A DNA stretch of 64,000 nucleotides from Octopus vulgaris (lineage: Eukaryota): NCBI GenBank assembly GCA_951406725.2, contig OX597826.1, forward strand, positions 72,416,001-72,480,000. The letters run 5' to 3'. Position 1 is the stretch's first letter. Every line of letters begins with the position of its first letter. Below, piece after piece: positions 52,308 through 64,000 of the stretch. The translations under genes and the position numbers were made by a program. The notes beneath the pieces were generated by a model. The model saw only the letters and a program-made list of their open reading frames with translations, searched no databases and was not told the origin of the DNA.

Positions 52308-55300
52308 GGCGTATGGCCTAGTGGTTAGGGTGTTGTACACATGATTACTAGATTGTGGTTTCAATTCCTGGACCGGGCAACACATTGTGTTCTTGAGCAA
52401 AACACTTCATTTCCATTGGTCCAGTCTGCTCAACTGTAAATGGTCAACCCTGTAATGGAGCAGTTTTCCTATCGGGGAAGAATGTTGGCCTGCTCGCCTA
52501 ACCAGCAGGGTGGCATCATTTGAAAGCTAAAAGCAATGCAAAGCGCATTGTGACCAGTGATGTATAACAACATCTGATAGTGAGATATATATATGCACAC
52601 ATGTGAAGGCGCATGGCTTAGTGGTGAAAGTGTTGCATTCAGGATTGCAAGATTGTGGGTTCGATTCCCAGACCAGGCATTGTGTTGTGTTCTTGAGCAA
52701 AGCACTTCATTTCATGTTGCTCTGCGATCATTTCGACACCTGACATGTGGCACCCAGTTGCACCTGTACAGGTAATGTCGATCTGATGGAGGGAGTGAGC
52801 TTATGTCTACACAAACATTTGATCACTACAAACAAATCATCTGTGTGGTTGTTCGGTAAGAAATTTTTGAACCCTTATATGTTGTCTAACAACATGAGAG
52901 TCCATCATATATGCACACATATGTATGTATGCACATACTACATACATATAAACCCAAAACTAAAAATGATCATATACTGAAAGCACCAGTTTGCATCTGA
53001 TTACCAAAGTTAGAGCAATATTAGTTCATATTTTTATTCTTAGGTGGACGAAAACTTGAGAAACCTAATTGCTGTAAACATAAACTTTAGTGTATATGTG
53101 TATGGGAATATAATATAGTCTGTATAAATATATGTATAGGGGTGGTTAAATAGTGCATGTATATATACACACACACACATATATATATATGTATGTATAT
53201 GTATATATATAATGTTAATAAATGAAATGTTTCATTTACTACTGAAGTTACAAAGAAAAAACTGGAATTTAAAAATCATAAAAAAAAAAAGGAGTTTAGT
53301 GTAATTTGTATTCCTCCCTGTTGAATATCAGAATAGGAAAATAATGTGGAATCACAATTAAAGACAAAAAAAGAAAAAGAAAAAGCATAAACAAAACTTT
53401 CACAAAATGATTTTAAAATCTACCGAGAGAGACACAATATTGAAATGACGGACAGAAGAAATGTGGCGCGTGAAGACGTGAAGGGAAGTCAGTTTGGACA
53501 GAGGAAGAGAGAAAATATCACAGTAAATAGTTGGCTAAAAAAACAACACAACAACACTTTTTATAATGTGGACATGTTATAGCTGACAACACAAACATGT
53601 TGACAAGACAGATTCAGAGAAGTAGCAACAGCAGCCATGTTGAATTTCTATCTCATTTCATTTTTTGTGTTTTCTTATATTCTTGTTTTGAATATTGGAT
53701 TGTTTTTTTTTTTTTTTCCCAATGAACATTTTTCTCTAATGTTAATTGAAGATAAACAATAATGGCAATCGCAATATTAATTAAAGCAGAGGGTTGTTTT
53801 GTTTTTTTTTTTGTCAAAAACAATTATTTACATTACCTTTTGCAATAATAAAAGCAGTAACAGTCTGGAGCTTCACCAAAATACTTCAACATCCGACCCG
53901 ACCCTCACCTCTACCTTATTGAAGCTTCATTCGTTGGGTCATTAAAGTCATAAAATTTCAATAAGGAGGAGAAAGTTTGTGAGTAACTCAGTTATTTCCT
54001 TGCAAAATAACTGAGTTATTCAAAGAAAAGAGACCAAACAAAAACAAACAAAAAACAGAAAAAAACGAAACAACGCTGACCATTTTGCTGAGTTCTCCCT
54101 TGGAACATGTTAGTTGTGAGATTAAAGATGATGTCATGCAAATGGAAACAGAGGCAATGGATGAGAACTGAACCCTTTCACTCTTGATTCACTCCAATTA
54201 CACACACACAAAAAAAAAACATTAGCATATATATAGAGGGAGAGCAGGCATAATGAATTTGAGTGAATCAAAATTGGATTATCCACCCTTAACCCTTCCC
54301 AGACACACATGACAACATAGAGAGGAAGGTTTGTGGGCCACATGAAAAACCAACCTGTTACACAGAGACATGGGGTTACAGTGAATGTGGATGTTTGTAG
54401 AGGGAAGAGACAGAGCTATATAAATAAATAGATTGATGATTGAAGTAATTAACTGTTTTGTTAATGATAGTTAGTTGTTGTGTTGATTAAAATATAACAA
54501 ACAAGGGAAAACACACTTGCTGAGAATATACACACTGTTGTGTGTATAGACATATACACACAATATCTACGAGACAAAGCTTTTCTCCAAAGCATACACC
54601 TTCCTACATATACACCTGCAAAATGCACACCACCAATGCATACACCTTCAGAATATACATGCATAAAACATACCTCCACGAAGGTAGTCACACCTCCAGC
54701 TATAAACCTACCGAGCTTACACACCTCAAGATATACAACCCTTCCAGGACATACACTCCTCCAGAACATACAGTCACTAAATCAAAAATTATCAGTAAGA
54801 AAGTTCTAGAAATGTTGTATTTGGTAAAATGTTTTTTGTTTCTTTCCACCTCTTTTAACTTTTGTTCATTACTTCCTTCTTTCTGTTAATTAATTAAAAA
54901 TGGGGAAATAATTCCAGCAGATATTCCAAAACTTGACAATGGAATGTATCTCTGGAATAGGTTCCTCAACTTACAAAAAATGAATCTCAAAATCTAAAGC
55001 AATCTTATAGAACCTAAACAAAACTAAGAATCAACCAATTCTTTTTTGAAAAGTGAAAAAAATCAAAACAAAATAAGAAAAGAAAACAAAAAAAAAATCC
55101 CTCAAAAATCAACAATAAATTTTTTGTTAAAAAGTAAACGAATTGTAATAAAACAAGAAAAAACATACTTTAGAGAAAGTTAATGGACTGATGTTGAGGG
55201 AATTAAAAATACCAAATTAACAGCTGTTAGCAACACTAATTATTCCTAAGTTGAGGTATTTTGGTAAAAGAAAGCAATGTTGGTGTGGAAAAGCTAAGAG

Positions 55301-55462
55301 AAAGAATGGGAAAAAAACATCAGTCATTTGGTCCACAGGTTGAGGAAGACAAATGCTCTGAATATAAATAATAGCAATGAATAACAGAAGTACCAAAGCA
55401 AATGCAGGCATTCCAGTGTTGGGAACATTGGAAAGTAGGAATTTGCTTGGGGAGAGCCGGGG

Positions 55463-55603
55463 TCAAGAATTATAGAGCAGACGTTGGTAGTGTGGGTAGA
55501 TTTCCATGTCTGGAGAATGGAGAGAAAACTGAAGCATAACTAAACACACAAACTCAAATGCTAACAGTTCCTTTCTGTGTATTCGAAAGTCATCTTCCAG
55601 TTG
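55463..55603 (-). CDS. CABLES1: CABLES terminal coding exon (QLEDDFRIHRKELLAFEFVCLVMLQFSLHSPDMEIYPHYQRLLYNS*)
   Basis: tttcag acceptor, matches [42 protein letters not shown], stop TGA. Confidence 0.95.
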   Translation of the reverse strand, partial: QLEDDFRIHRKELLAFEFVCLVMLQFSLHSPDMEIYPHYQRLLYNS

Positions 55604-55667
55604 CTGAAACGAGAAAAAGCAAATTAATTCAATAATTATTGGTAATTACTAATAATTACAATTATAA

Positions 55668-58600
55668 TCCTTTCTACTAAAGGCACAAGGCCTGAAATTT
55701 TGGGGGAGGGGACTAGTCGATTTCATCAACCCTAGTGTTCAATTGGACAGACAAGCAGATTAAGTCGATTATATCGACCCCCAGTGCATAACTGGTACTT
55801 ATTTAATTGACCCCGAAAGGATGAAAGGCAAAGCTGACCTCACTGGAATTTGAACTCAGAACGTAAAGATGGACAAAATGCCACTAAGCATATTGTTCAA
55901 CATACTAATGATTCTGCCAGCTCACTACCTTGATATTTATAATAATAATAATGATAATGATTTCAAAATTTGGCACAAGGCCAGCAATTTTGGTGGATGG
56001 GGTAAGTCCATTATATTGACCCCAGTGTTCAACTGGTGCTTATTTTATTGACCCCAAAAGGATGAAAGGCAAAGTCGACCTCAGCAGAATTTGAACTCAG
56101 AACGTAAAGACAGATGAAATGCCGTTAAGTATTTTGCCTGTGTGCTAAGGACTGTGCCAGCTTGCAACCGTTCTACAAAAGGTCTGAAATTTGGTGCCAG
56201 CTGTCTTGCCTATCTATGACTTTTTGTGTTTTAATACCCAGCACTTTTAGGGAGCCATTTCCACTGTGCTAAATCACAGCCTATTGGCAAACAAGTAAGG
56301 CACAAAGAATATGTGAATTTGAGTACTATGTCTATCTATCTGTCTATCTATATATATATATACACACATACATATGACAAGATACTGTTGCATGTGTGTG
56401 TGTGTGTGTATATATACATCAAACAAGATACACTTATATATACACACCAGACAAGGTACACTTATATATACATCAGACATGGTGCAGTGTTATATATATC
56501 AAACATGGTACAGTTATTTATAAACTCCAGATATGGTAAAATGATATTTATATATATCAGACAAGGTAAATTATCTATAAACATGACACAAGCAATGAAA
56601 TTGAGACTAACTTGAATCAGCTTTGACACATCAGCTCCTTTGACATCATTTAATTTGGCGGAAAGCAAAAGACAGACTCCAGCACACAGCTTTCGATTTT
56701 GTTTGTTGATGAAGTGCTGTAAGGAAGATAAAAAAAAATATGTTGTTATTATAATAATGATAATAATAATAATAACAAGAGCACTCAGAGCAAACCTCTG
56801 CCAAAGCAACACCAACGTCCTCTCAATGATTAGCCGGAGATGATTTTTAAAAGGAGAATATCTGAAATAAACTCGACTGCTCTCACAAATGGGAATACTA
56901 AAAAAAATGAACCTGACCACTCAAAAATTAAGTAAAAAAAACAGGAAAAATAATCCAGAATCCTTGTCCAGTACCAGATTGATCCCAAAATCTAATCAGT
57001 CCATGCCAGTTATGAGGCCAAACATCCCTGAAAGTTTCATCCAAATCCATCCAGCAGTTCTTGAGATATCTTGTCCATGGACAAGCAAACAGACAAACAT
57101 GACTGTAAACAATACCTCTGCCTTCACTAAGGCAAAGATAATAATGGTTTCAAATATTGGCACAAGGCCAGCAATTTTAGGGGGAAGTGTATGTCAATTA
57201 CATTGACCTCAGTACTCAACTGGTGCTTATTTTATCAATCTTGAAAGACTGAAAGGCAAAGTAGGATTTGAACTCAGAACATACCACTCAGCATTTTGGT
57301 CAATGCACTCATGATTTTACCACCTTCATAATAACAATAATAATAATCCTTTCTATCATAGGCACAAAATTTCTATCCCCCTACCCCTAAAATTTTGGGG
57401 TAGGGGGATAGTTGATTACATTGACCCCAGTTTTCAACTGTCATTTATTTTATTGACCCTGAAAGGATGAAAAGCAAAGTCAACTTTGGTGGAATTTGAA
57501 CTCAGAATGTGAAGACAGACAAAATGTCACTAAGCATTTTGTCCAGCATGCTACCTTATTAATAATAATCCTTTGTACTAAAGGCACAAGGCCTGATATT
57601 TTGGGAGAGGGGACTAGTCGATTACATCAACCCCAGTGTTTAAATGGCACTTAATGTATCGACCTAGTGCAGTGGGATTTGAATTCAGAATGTAAAAACA
57701 GACATGCCACTAAGCCTTCTGCCTGGTGTGCTGACGATTCTACCAATAATAATAATAATTGCTTCTAACATAGGCACAAGGCTGGCAGTTTTGAAAGGAG
57801 AGAGAGTAATTGATATCAATGATCTCAGTACTTGACTGGTACTACGGTAGATTGATCCTGAAAGGATGATAGGCAAAGCTGACTTTGATAGGATTTGAAC
57901 TCAGAATGCAAAGAACTGAAACAAATACCACAAAGCAGTCTGTCCAATGCTTAAATGACTCCCTCTATATTAATTATATAATTGTTTCATACATAGGCAC
58001 AGGGCCAAAATTAGGGGAGGGAGCAGGGTTAGTTGATTACACTGAAAAGCCCCCTGCCAAGTATTTGATTGGTATTTCATTTCATTAATTCTGGAGAAAT
58101 GAAAGACAAAGTTGGTCGCATGGGATTTGAACTCAGAATGTAAAGAGCTGGAAAAAATACTGCAAAGCTTTTTTCCAATGCTCTACTGATTCTGCTAATC
58201 CAGCTCCCTGAATAACTGCTTTTAAAAGCAGATGATACGAAATTTTGGTGGAGGTGAAGAGAGGGTAATTAGTCAATTGAATCAACCCCTGTACTAGACT
58301 GGTACTTACTTATTGCACCAATCCTGGAGGGATGAAGGGCAAGGCTGGCCTCAACAGGGTTTGAACCCAGAACCCAGAACATGATAAGCCAGAAGAAATA
58401 CTGCAAGGCATTTTGCTTGATGCTCCAACGATGACAACAATAACTTTTTTTCTAATCTAAGTACAAAGCCATCAGTTTTGAGAGGAGGGGATTCGGTCAG
58501 TAACATGAATCATATTACATCAAACCTGGCCTTGGCAAAGTTTGAACTCAGAGCATCAGGCAATATGCCTCGAGATATTTGTTCAGGCTGGTTATTTTCC

Positions 58601-58775
58601 AACAACAACAACAATAATGATAATAATAATAACAATTGTTCTGAATTTAGGACAAGGCCAGCAATTCAGAGGGGAGGGGGAGTCAGTCCATTATATTAAA
58701 CTGATACTTTATTTTATCAGCCCTGGAAAAGGATGAAAGCAAAGTTGGCCTTGACAAGATTTGGACTCAGTATAA
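55668..58775 (-). mobile_element. Cluster of about ten co-oriented family A SINEs in CABLES introns (surrounds exon 56612-56716)
   Basis: Recurring ggcacaaggcc...gaccccgaaaggatgaaaggcaaag...gaatttgaactcagaa, separated by (aat)n. Confidence 0.8.
56612..56716 (-). CDS. CABLES1: CABLES exon ([35 protein letters not shown])
   Basis: cttacag acceptor, gttagt donor. Hallmark [15 protein letters not shown] motif, visible inside ORF 56462..56920. Confidence 0.95.
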
Positions 58776-59063
58776 TGATGATGTGAAAGAAGAGGAGGAG
58801 GAGGAGGCTTGAATTGTAATTCAACAGAAATTAAAAATGTTGCTACTTCTCATGTTCAGAAAAATGAAATATATATTTGTGTTTATATATAGAGATTGGT
58901 AGCCACTACACACATTTTTTTCTCTCATTTCTCTTGTTTCTTTCTGTGGAAGAGCGTAGGCTCAAAATGTAAAAGACTTTTCTATTCCTGAGTGTTATAC
59001 TAATACATCTGTTTGTTTTCTACACCACCTGTCTTCGTCTTTTGTTTTTCTTGTGAACTCTCC

Positions 59064-59100
<37 letters not shown>

Positions 59101-59146
59101 CACACATGTAAAATAAAAATAAAAGAAAGAACAAATCTGAACTTAC

Positions 59147-59209
59147 TTTTAGAATGAGTTTTTCAAAGAAGACATATGCTTGGGCCACAATCCACATGTC
59201 AGCATTACA
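59147..59209 (-). CDS. CABLES1: CABLES exon (CNADMWIVAQAYVFFEKLILK)
   Basis: ccttag acceptor, gtaagt donor. Matches the cyclin-box-like VAMAFVYFEKLALK. Confidence 0.93.
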
Positions 59210-59481
59210 CTAAGGAACAACAACAAATGATAAAGAAAATTCAGTGAAGAAATAAACAGAAGATGTTTTATCAGACTTTCAATTCAATGTTTCTACCTGG
59301 TGGAGACAAGACAACTATAATGGTAATCTAGTTAAATCTCCCGGCAGCGCTTGGATAATGTCTAAATCTTTAGTTAAACCAGCAGCAAGAAGATTAAATA
59401 TTCAACTGAAACAGCTAATTATCTACATTTCCAGCTAAAACTGCATTAATATAACTAGAAACAGTTGTAATTTGGTCAAAT

Positions 59482-59766
59482 CAGTGGTTCTCAACCATTT
59501 TTGTTTTTTACCTATGAACCCCATCTGATTCCTATTTTACTTGGGGGAGTGGGGCAGGTGACCCTCAGAGCCATTTGATGTCTGAAGACTCCTATCATAC
59601 TTTTATAATTAAATATTACTAGGAACTGTATAAAGAAATGTTAAGATATTCTGTGTATTGTAGAAGTATAACAAGTTTATTTTACAACAAAATCTTATGT
59701 GGACACCCCCTGCCCAGGGCCATATGAACCTCCAAGGGCCAAATGGACCCCAGTTGAAAACCACTG
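59482..59766. mobile_element. hAT/Charlie-like MITE
   Basis: TIR cagtggttctcaac / gttgaaaaccactg. Confidence 0.75.
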
Positions 59767-59769
59767 GAT

Positions 59770-60070
59770 TAAACCCTCAGTTAAAACCGTTGTAATTTGG
59801 TTAAATCTTCAATGTTAATTTGACTAAATGTTCAACTAAGTCTTTAGTTAAAACTAGTATGTTGTTCAAATCTTCAGCTAGAACAGAAATAATATGTTAA
59901 AACCTTCAGTTAAAATAATAGAATCTATCTAAGCCTTCAATTAAAATAATGGCAATTGTTTACATTTTCTGTTAAAATGAGAAGTTTGTCAAAATCTGAA
60001 GCTTAAGTTGTGGTATTATATCCAAACATTCAGTTAAAACAGTGATGATTTGTTGATGCATTTAGTGAAA
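59770..60070. repeat. Degenerate ~30-bp minisatellite (also ~59330-59480)
   Basis: Recurring aaa(t/c)cttcagttaaaa. Confidence 0.5.
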
Positions 60071-60081
60071 ATATTACTTAC

Positions 60082-60118
60082 TTTGGTGTGTGCTATTATT
60101 TTCATCTGTTTCTTCAAA
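60082..60118 (-). CDS. CABLES1: CABLES 37-nt exon (S-LKKQMKIIAHTK)
   Basis: tttacag acceptor, gtaagt donor. Phase 2-0 bridges the neighbouring exons and the length equals LKREMRKLAQED. Confidence 0.88.
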
Positions 60119-60254
60119 CTGTAAAATAAACAAATTCAACAATAGTAAGAAAATCTGCGGAGCAGTGAACGACAGAAAGTTATCAGAGAAGAAGTCTCTT
60201 GCCTCCATGCAAGTGTTTTGGTCCTTAACTTCTTACAGTTTAAGGGGGCCTGGC

Positions 60255-60388
60255 CAGTGGTGTAGCTATAGAGTGTGTGTTGCCAAGGGCGCTCTTGAGT
60301 TTGCCCAAGTGACACCTGCCTGCAGGCTTACAAACCCATACAAGCTTATACAGCAGGCATCGACTTGCCCCCACTAGCTATGCTACTG
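60255..60388. mobile_element. Small hAT-like MITE
   Basis: TIR cagtggtgtagcta / tagctatgctactg. Confidence 0.6.
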
Positions 60389-61345
60389 CTCCTGGATACC
60401 TCTCTACTGTCACATTGCAAACCTCCTGGGTGGCTAAGGTACCCTAGGCACCATATCCATTTCAATCAGAGACATCAGTTGAATGTGTACTTAACTTTAT
60501 CTTATCGACCCTGGAGGAATGAAAGGCAAAGTTGACCTTGGTGAGATTTGATTTCAGAAGGTAAAAAGCTGGAAGAAATACTGAAAAGCATTTTGTTCCA
60601 TACTCCACTGATTCTTCCAAGCCACCGTCCTAACCACTTGAATCTGGTCAATGAAGAATTAAGGTGACACCTTCCTTTTTGGTCAAGCTCTCATTGACTT
60701 TTATAAGTTCCACTTGGAAAGCAAAGTGAGAGTGGAGAGGGAAGTGCTTCCTCCCGGTGAATTTGTCAAAAGATGGGTGGTAGTGGCAAAAATGGTTAGA
60801 GTGAATGGCCCTTTTTACTATAGGCACAAGGCCAGAATTTTGGGGGGAGGGGATTAGTTGATTACACTGACCCCAGTGCATAACTGGTACTTAATTTATT
60901 GACCCCGAAAGGATGAAAGGCAAAGTTGACCCCAGTGGCATTTGAACTCAGAACGTGGAAATAGATGAAATACCACTTAGCATTTCACCCAGCATGCTAA
61001 CAATTCTACCAGCTTGCCACCAAATAATAATAATAATAATAATAAAAATAATTAAAAGAAATCATTAAATGAAGGAGGAGACAAAAAGAGTGAACTTTAC
61101 ATAATAGGACATGACACACAGACATGATGAAGGAGATAAGGGTTAAGGTAAAGGTAGAGGGTGAGAGAGATAGTAAGAGGGAATAAAAAAGTGAAATAGA
61201 GCCAGTGGGGGGGGGGTAGCGAAAGAGACAGGAAATAAGACAGATGCAGGGATTGATGAGAGAGAGAGAGTGAGAGACAGGAAAGTGGGATAAGACAAAG
61301 AGAGTGAAGTGAAATAGAGATAAAAGACACGAAACATCATCTCAC

Positions 61346-61452
61346 CTTCGTAGCTTGCTGAGGGTCAACTGAATTAAAGGAAAACGATTGCGGAACTTCT
61401 CATTTAGTTCTTTCTTCAAGCTTGATGGCTTCACATAATCAATGATTGAGGT
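61346..61452 (-). CDS. CABLES1: CABLES exon ([36 protein letters not shown])
   Basis: cacag acceptor, gtgaga donor. Matches [36 protein letters not shown]. Confidence 0.95.
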
Positions 61453-61619
61453 CTGTGCGAAAGGACAAGGGGGAGGCGAATATAGAACATTGATGATGGT
61501 GATGGCTTAGTGGATGACAGACATGATGATGATGATGATGATGGCATTGGTGATACATTTGATGTTAGGATATCATCATTATTACCCTTAACAATCATTA
61601 TAATGATGTTGTTATCAAC

Positions 61620-62035
61620 CATTACAGTCAATCAAGCAATCCCCATCAACCAGCTCTCAATCACAATAATCACTAGCCAGCCATTAACCAGTCACTGTTG
61701 ACCACTAACCAACAACAATCTCCACCAATCAATCACTATCAACCACTGAACAGCCATCATCAGTCGTCAGTCGTTTTTAAAATCCACTATTACGAGTCAA
61801 CCCAAATCATCCATCTACCAATCAGTCACCAACCCCAGCTAACTAATCACCAATCAACCATCAACCAAGCAACCAACCAACCAATCATCAGTCACCAACC
61901 ACTAAACATTCAACCAACAGTTACCAACCATTAACTCTCAACCATCAGTCATCAACCATTAACATTCAACTATCAGTCGTCAACCAACAATCTCCAATCA
62001 TCAGTCACCAGTCATAAACTTTCAATGATCATTAC
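61620..62035. repeat. Low-complexity (aacc/atca)-rich tract
   Basis: Recurring atcagtcaccaacc. Confidence 0.65.
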
Positions 62036-62389
62036 ATACCAAAACAAAACAAACATTAAACTTAAAAACCACATGAAATAAAAAAAACAAAAAAACTACT
62101 GCATTCTGTGTTGTGATGTGTCAAGTTCTTGTTTGTAGTCTCAGCTCAGTCCTGATTGAGTAATCCTATGGGGCAAAGATAGTTGATATACTAGTGGGGC
62201 CCAAATAAAGTTTCTTCCTGTTTAGGAACATGTAAGAATGTTAAAGTGCTGCAACTGGAGAGAGATTTAACCTGATGAGATGGCTGGTGAGGCTGGTAGT
62301 GGTATGCGTATGTTTATTATAAAGGGTATTCAAAAAGTCTCTCCACAGTCAATTTTTTTCATCCCGACTCTCCAAGATGTGTTTCAAAA

Positions 62390-62710
62390 TGTGCCAATGG
62401 CATGTGAAAAAACATTCGAGCAAGGTTGTTGCCAGTGCCGCTGGACTGGCTCCTGTGCAGGTGGCATGTAAAAAACACCATTTGAGTATGGCTGTTGCCA
62501 GTACCGCCTGACTGGCCCTCATGCCGGTGGTATGTAAAAGCATCCACTACACTCTCGGAGTGGTTGGCATTAGGAAGGGCATCCAGCTGTAGAAACTCTG
62601 CCAGATCAGATGGAGCCTAGTGCAGCCATCTGGTTCGCCAGTCCTCAGTCAAATCATCCAACCCATGCCAGCATGGAAAGCGGATGTTAAACGATGATGA
62701 TGATGATGAT
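62390..62710 (+). mobile_element. Family T tail in a CABLES intron
   Basis: Units plus 3' block. Confidence 0.8.
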
Positions 62711-63309
62711 GTGCAGAAGAGTCAACTTATGTATTGAAAATGAAGGACGACATTTTCAACACCTGTTATAAGTTTTTTTAAATCTTGTAAAGTCTAATAT
62801 ATTCTTTTGTAGTCTTATACCATCTTATGAATATTTATTTTGCAATAAAATACTGCAGAAAGACTTTTTGAACACCCTGTATTAATGTGATATATCATTG
62901 TAAGTGTAGTATTGTTCCCTATTAGTGTACCCTTGACATGTAGTAAGAATGTCACCTGAGTTATTGTTAGAGATGGATGTTGTGTGTAATAATGAGCTTT
63001 TTTTTTTACTTCCATAAAAGTGTTTTTAATGCTGTTACTGTTGTTTGGCAAAATCTTTTAGATTCCTTTTTTTTCATTTTATGCTTACAAAGTTTATTTC
63101 TGTATGAAATGATTATTCTTAAAGCATGTGCTAAATTAAATATTTCTGTGTTGCAAAGTTAGTGTTCCTTCATTAATCCAGCCATGACAATCCTACCTTC
63201 TTTCAGGATTTGTTTATTCTATATCTGTAACTATTTTTTAAAGACAACTGGTTAGAATTTGAGGAAGAATATTTGGCAGATAAAGCAACGATGTGAAGTC
63301 TCCCTTACT

Positions 63310-63720
63310 AGCTCATGTTGTGATGTGTTGAGTACTATTGCTATATGCTGTTGTGTTGTGATATGGTGACTGCCTTGTTATATGGTGTTTTTATGTTGTG
63401 AAGTTGGATTGTTGTGTTGTGAAGTGGGGATATTGTGTTGCAATATGGCTTGTGTTATGATATGGTGGTGTGTTTTTACACTAAGACAGGGTAGTTTTGT
63501 GTAGTGATGGTGTATTGTGATATTGTGGTACCACGTGATATGGTATTGTAGTGTGATGTTTGATGTGACGATCCCTGTTATTGTTATGTTGCAATTCTGA
63601 AATGGTGTGCTGCTGTGATATTTGCTGAATTGTGTTGTGTTGCAATACAGTGTGACTGCGATGCATGTGTGTTGTTTATTGATTGTTCCATAGTGACAAT
63701 GTGACATGTTAGTCGTGCAG
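63310..63720. repeat. Low-complexity (tgttg/tgtga)-rich tract
   Basis: Pentamer-derived degenerate repeat. Confidence 0.65.
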
Positions 63721-63791
63721 TGTCACTTCCGTGCTGTAGCAAGTCATATGACAGAAAAAAAAAATGTGTCCCAGCCTGAAGAAATACTTAC

Positions 63792-63892
63792 TCTGTATGA
63801 TGGGAAAGTCAGTAGAGTGCGATAACTGCCAGCCTGGAGTTCAGGGTCATCTAAAAGGTATGGTTCGTATTTCAGTTCATCTTCCTCCACAA
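63792..63892 (-). CDS. CABLES1: CABLES1/2 homolog exon (VEEDELKYEPYLLDDPELQAGSYRTLLTFPSYR); further upstream exons lie beyond the window
   Basis: cag acceptor and gtaagt donor on -. Resembles the CABLES segment YDPNLLDDPQWPCGKHKRVLIFPSYM. Confidence 0.88.
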
Positions 63893-64000
63893 CTGATGAA
63901 GATATTAAACAAAACAGTCAGTTTAATTACATATCACACATATCACATCGACATATCACACATACACACACACAGCACATTACATTTGTACTGACATACA

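Noticed and set aside
56462-56920. 152-aa ORF as a standalone gene
   Set aside because: Only 56612-56716 is coding (CABLES exon); the rest is intron.

Overview
AT-rich, repeat-dense animal DNA. The repeat families and microsatellites suggest an octopus or other cephalopod (inference). The ORF track is almost all noise, and the real genes are spliced. (1) The 3' end of an unidentified + strand gene: exons 423-504 and 2171-2268, with a probable long 3' UTR to about 6.4 kb. (2) A complete six-exon FKBP12-type prolyl isomerase gene on + (14950-38791, 117 aa). It has a 23-nt micro-exon, and its last intron is a minor-spliceosome U12 AT-AC intron (37043-38709) overlapped by an in-frame candidate GT-AG intron. 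(3) The last six coding exons of a CABLES1/2 homolog on - (63892 to 55463). Between the genes lie three tRNA-headed SINE families, many 5'-truncated RTE LINE tails with tandem ~60-bp units, and RTE, HERO/NeSL-like, CRE-like and Penelope fragments. There are also mariner, hAT, piggyBac and Tigger-like MITEs, non-autonomous Helitrons and a 2.1-kb (TA)n/(TACA) tract. Several long palindromes carry Penelope-type minimal hammerhead-ribozyme-like motifs with a compensatory U3:A8 core. All calls were made by eye; repeat boundaries are approximate.
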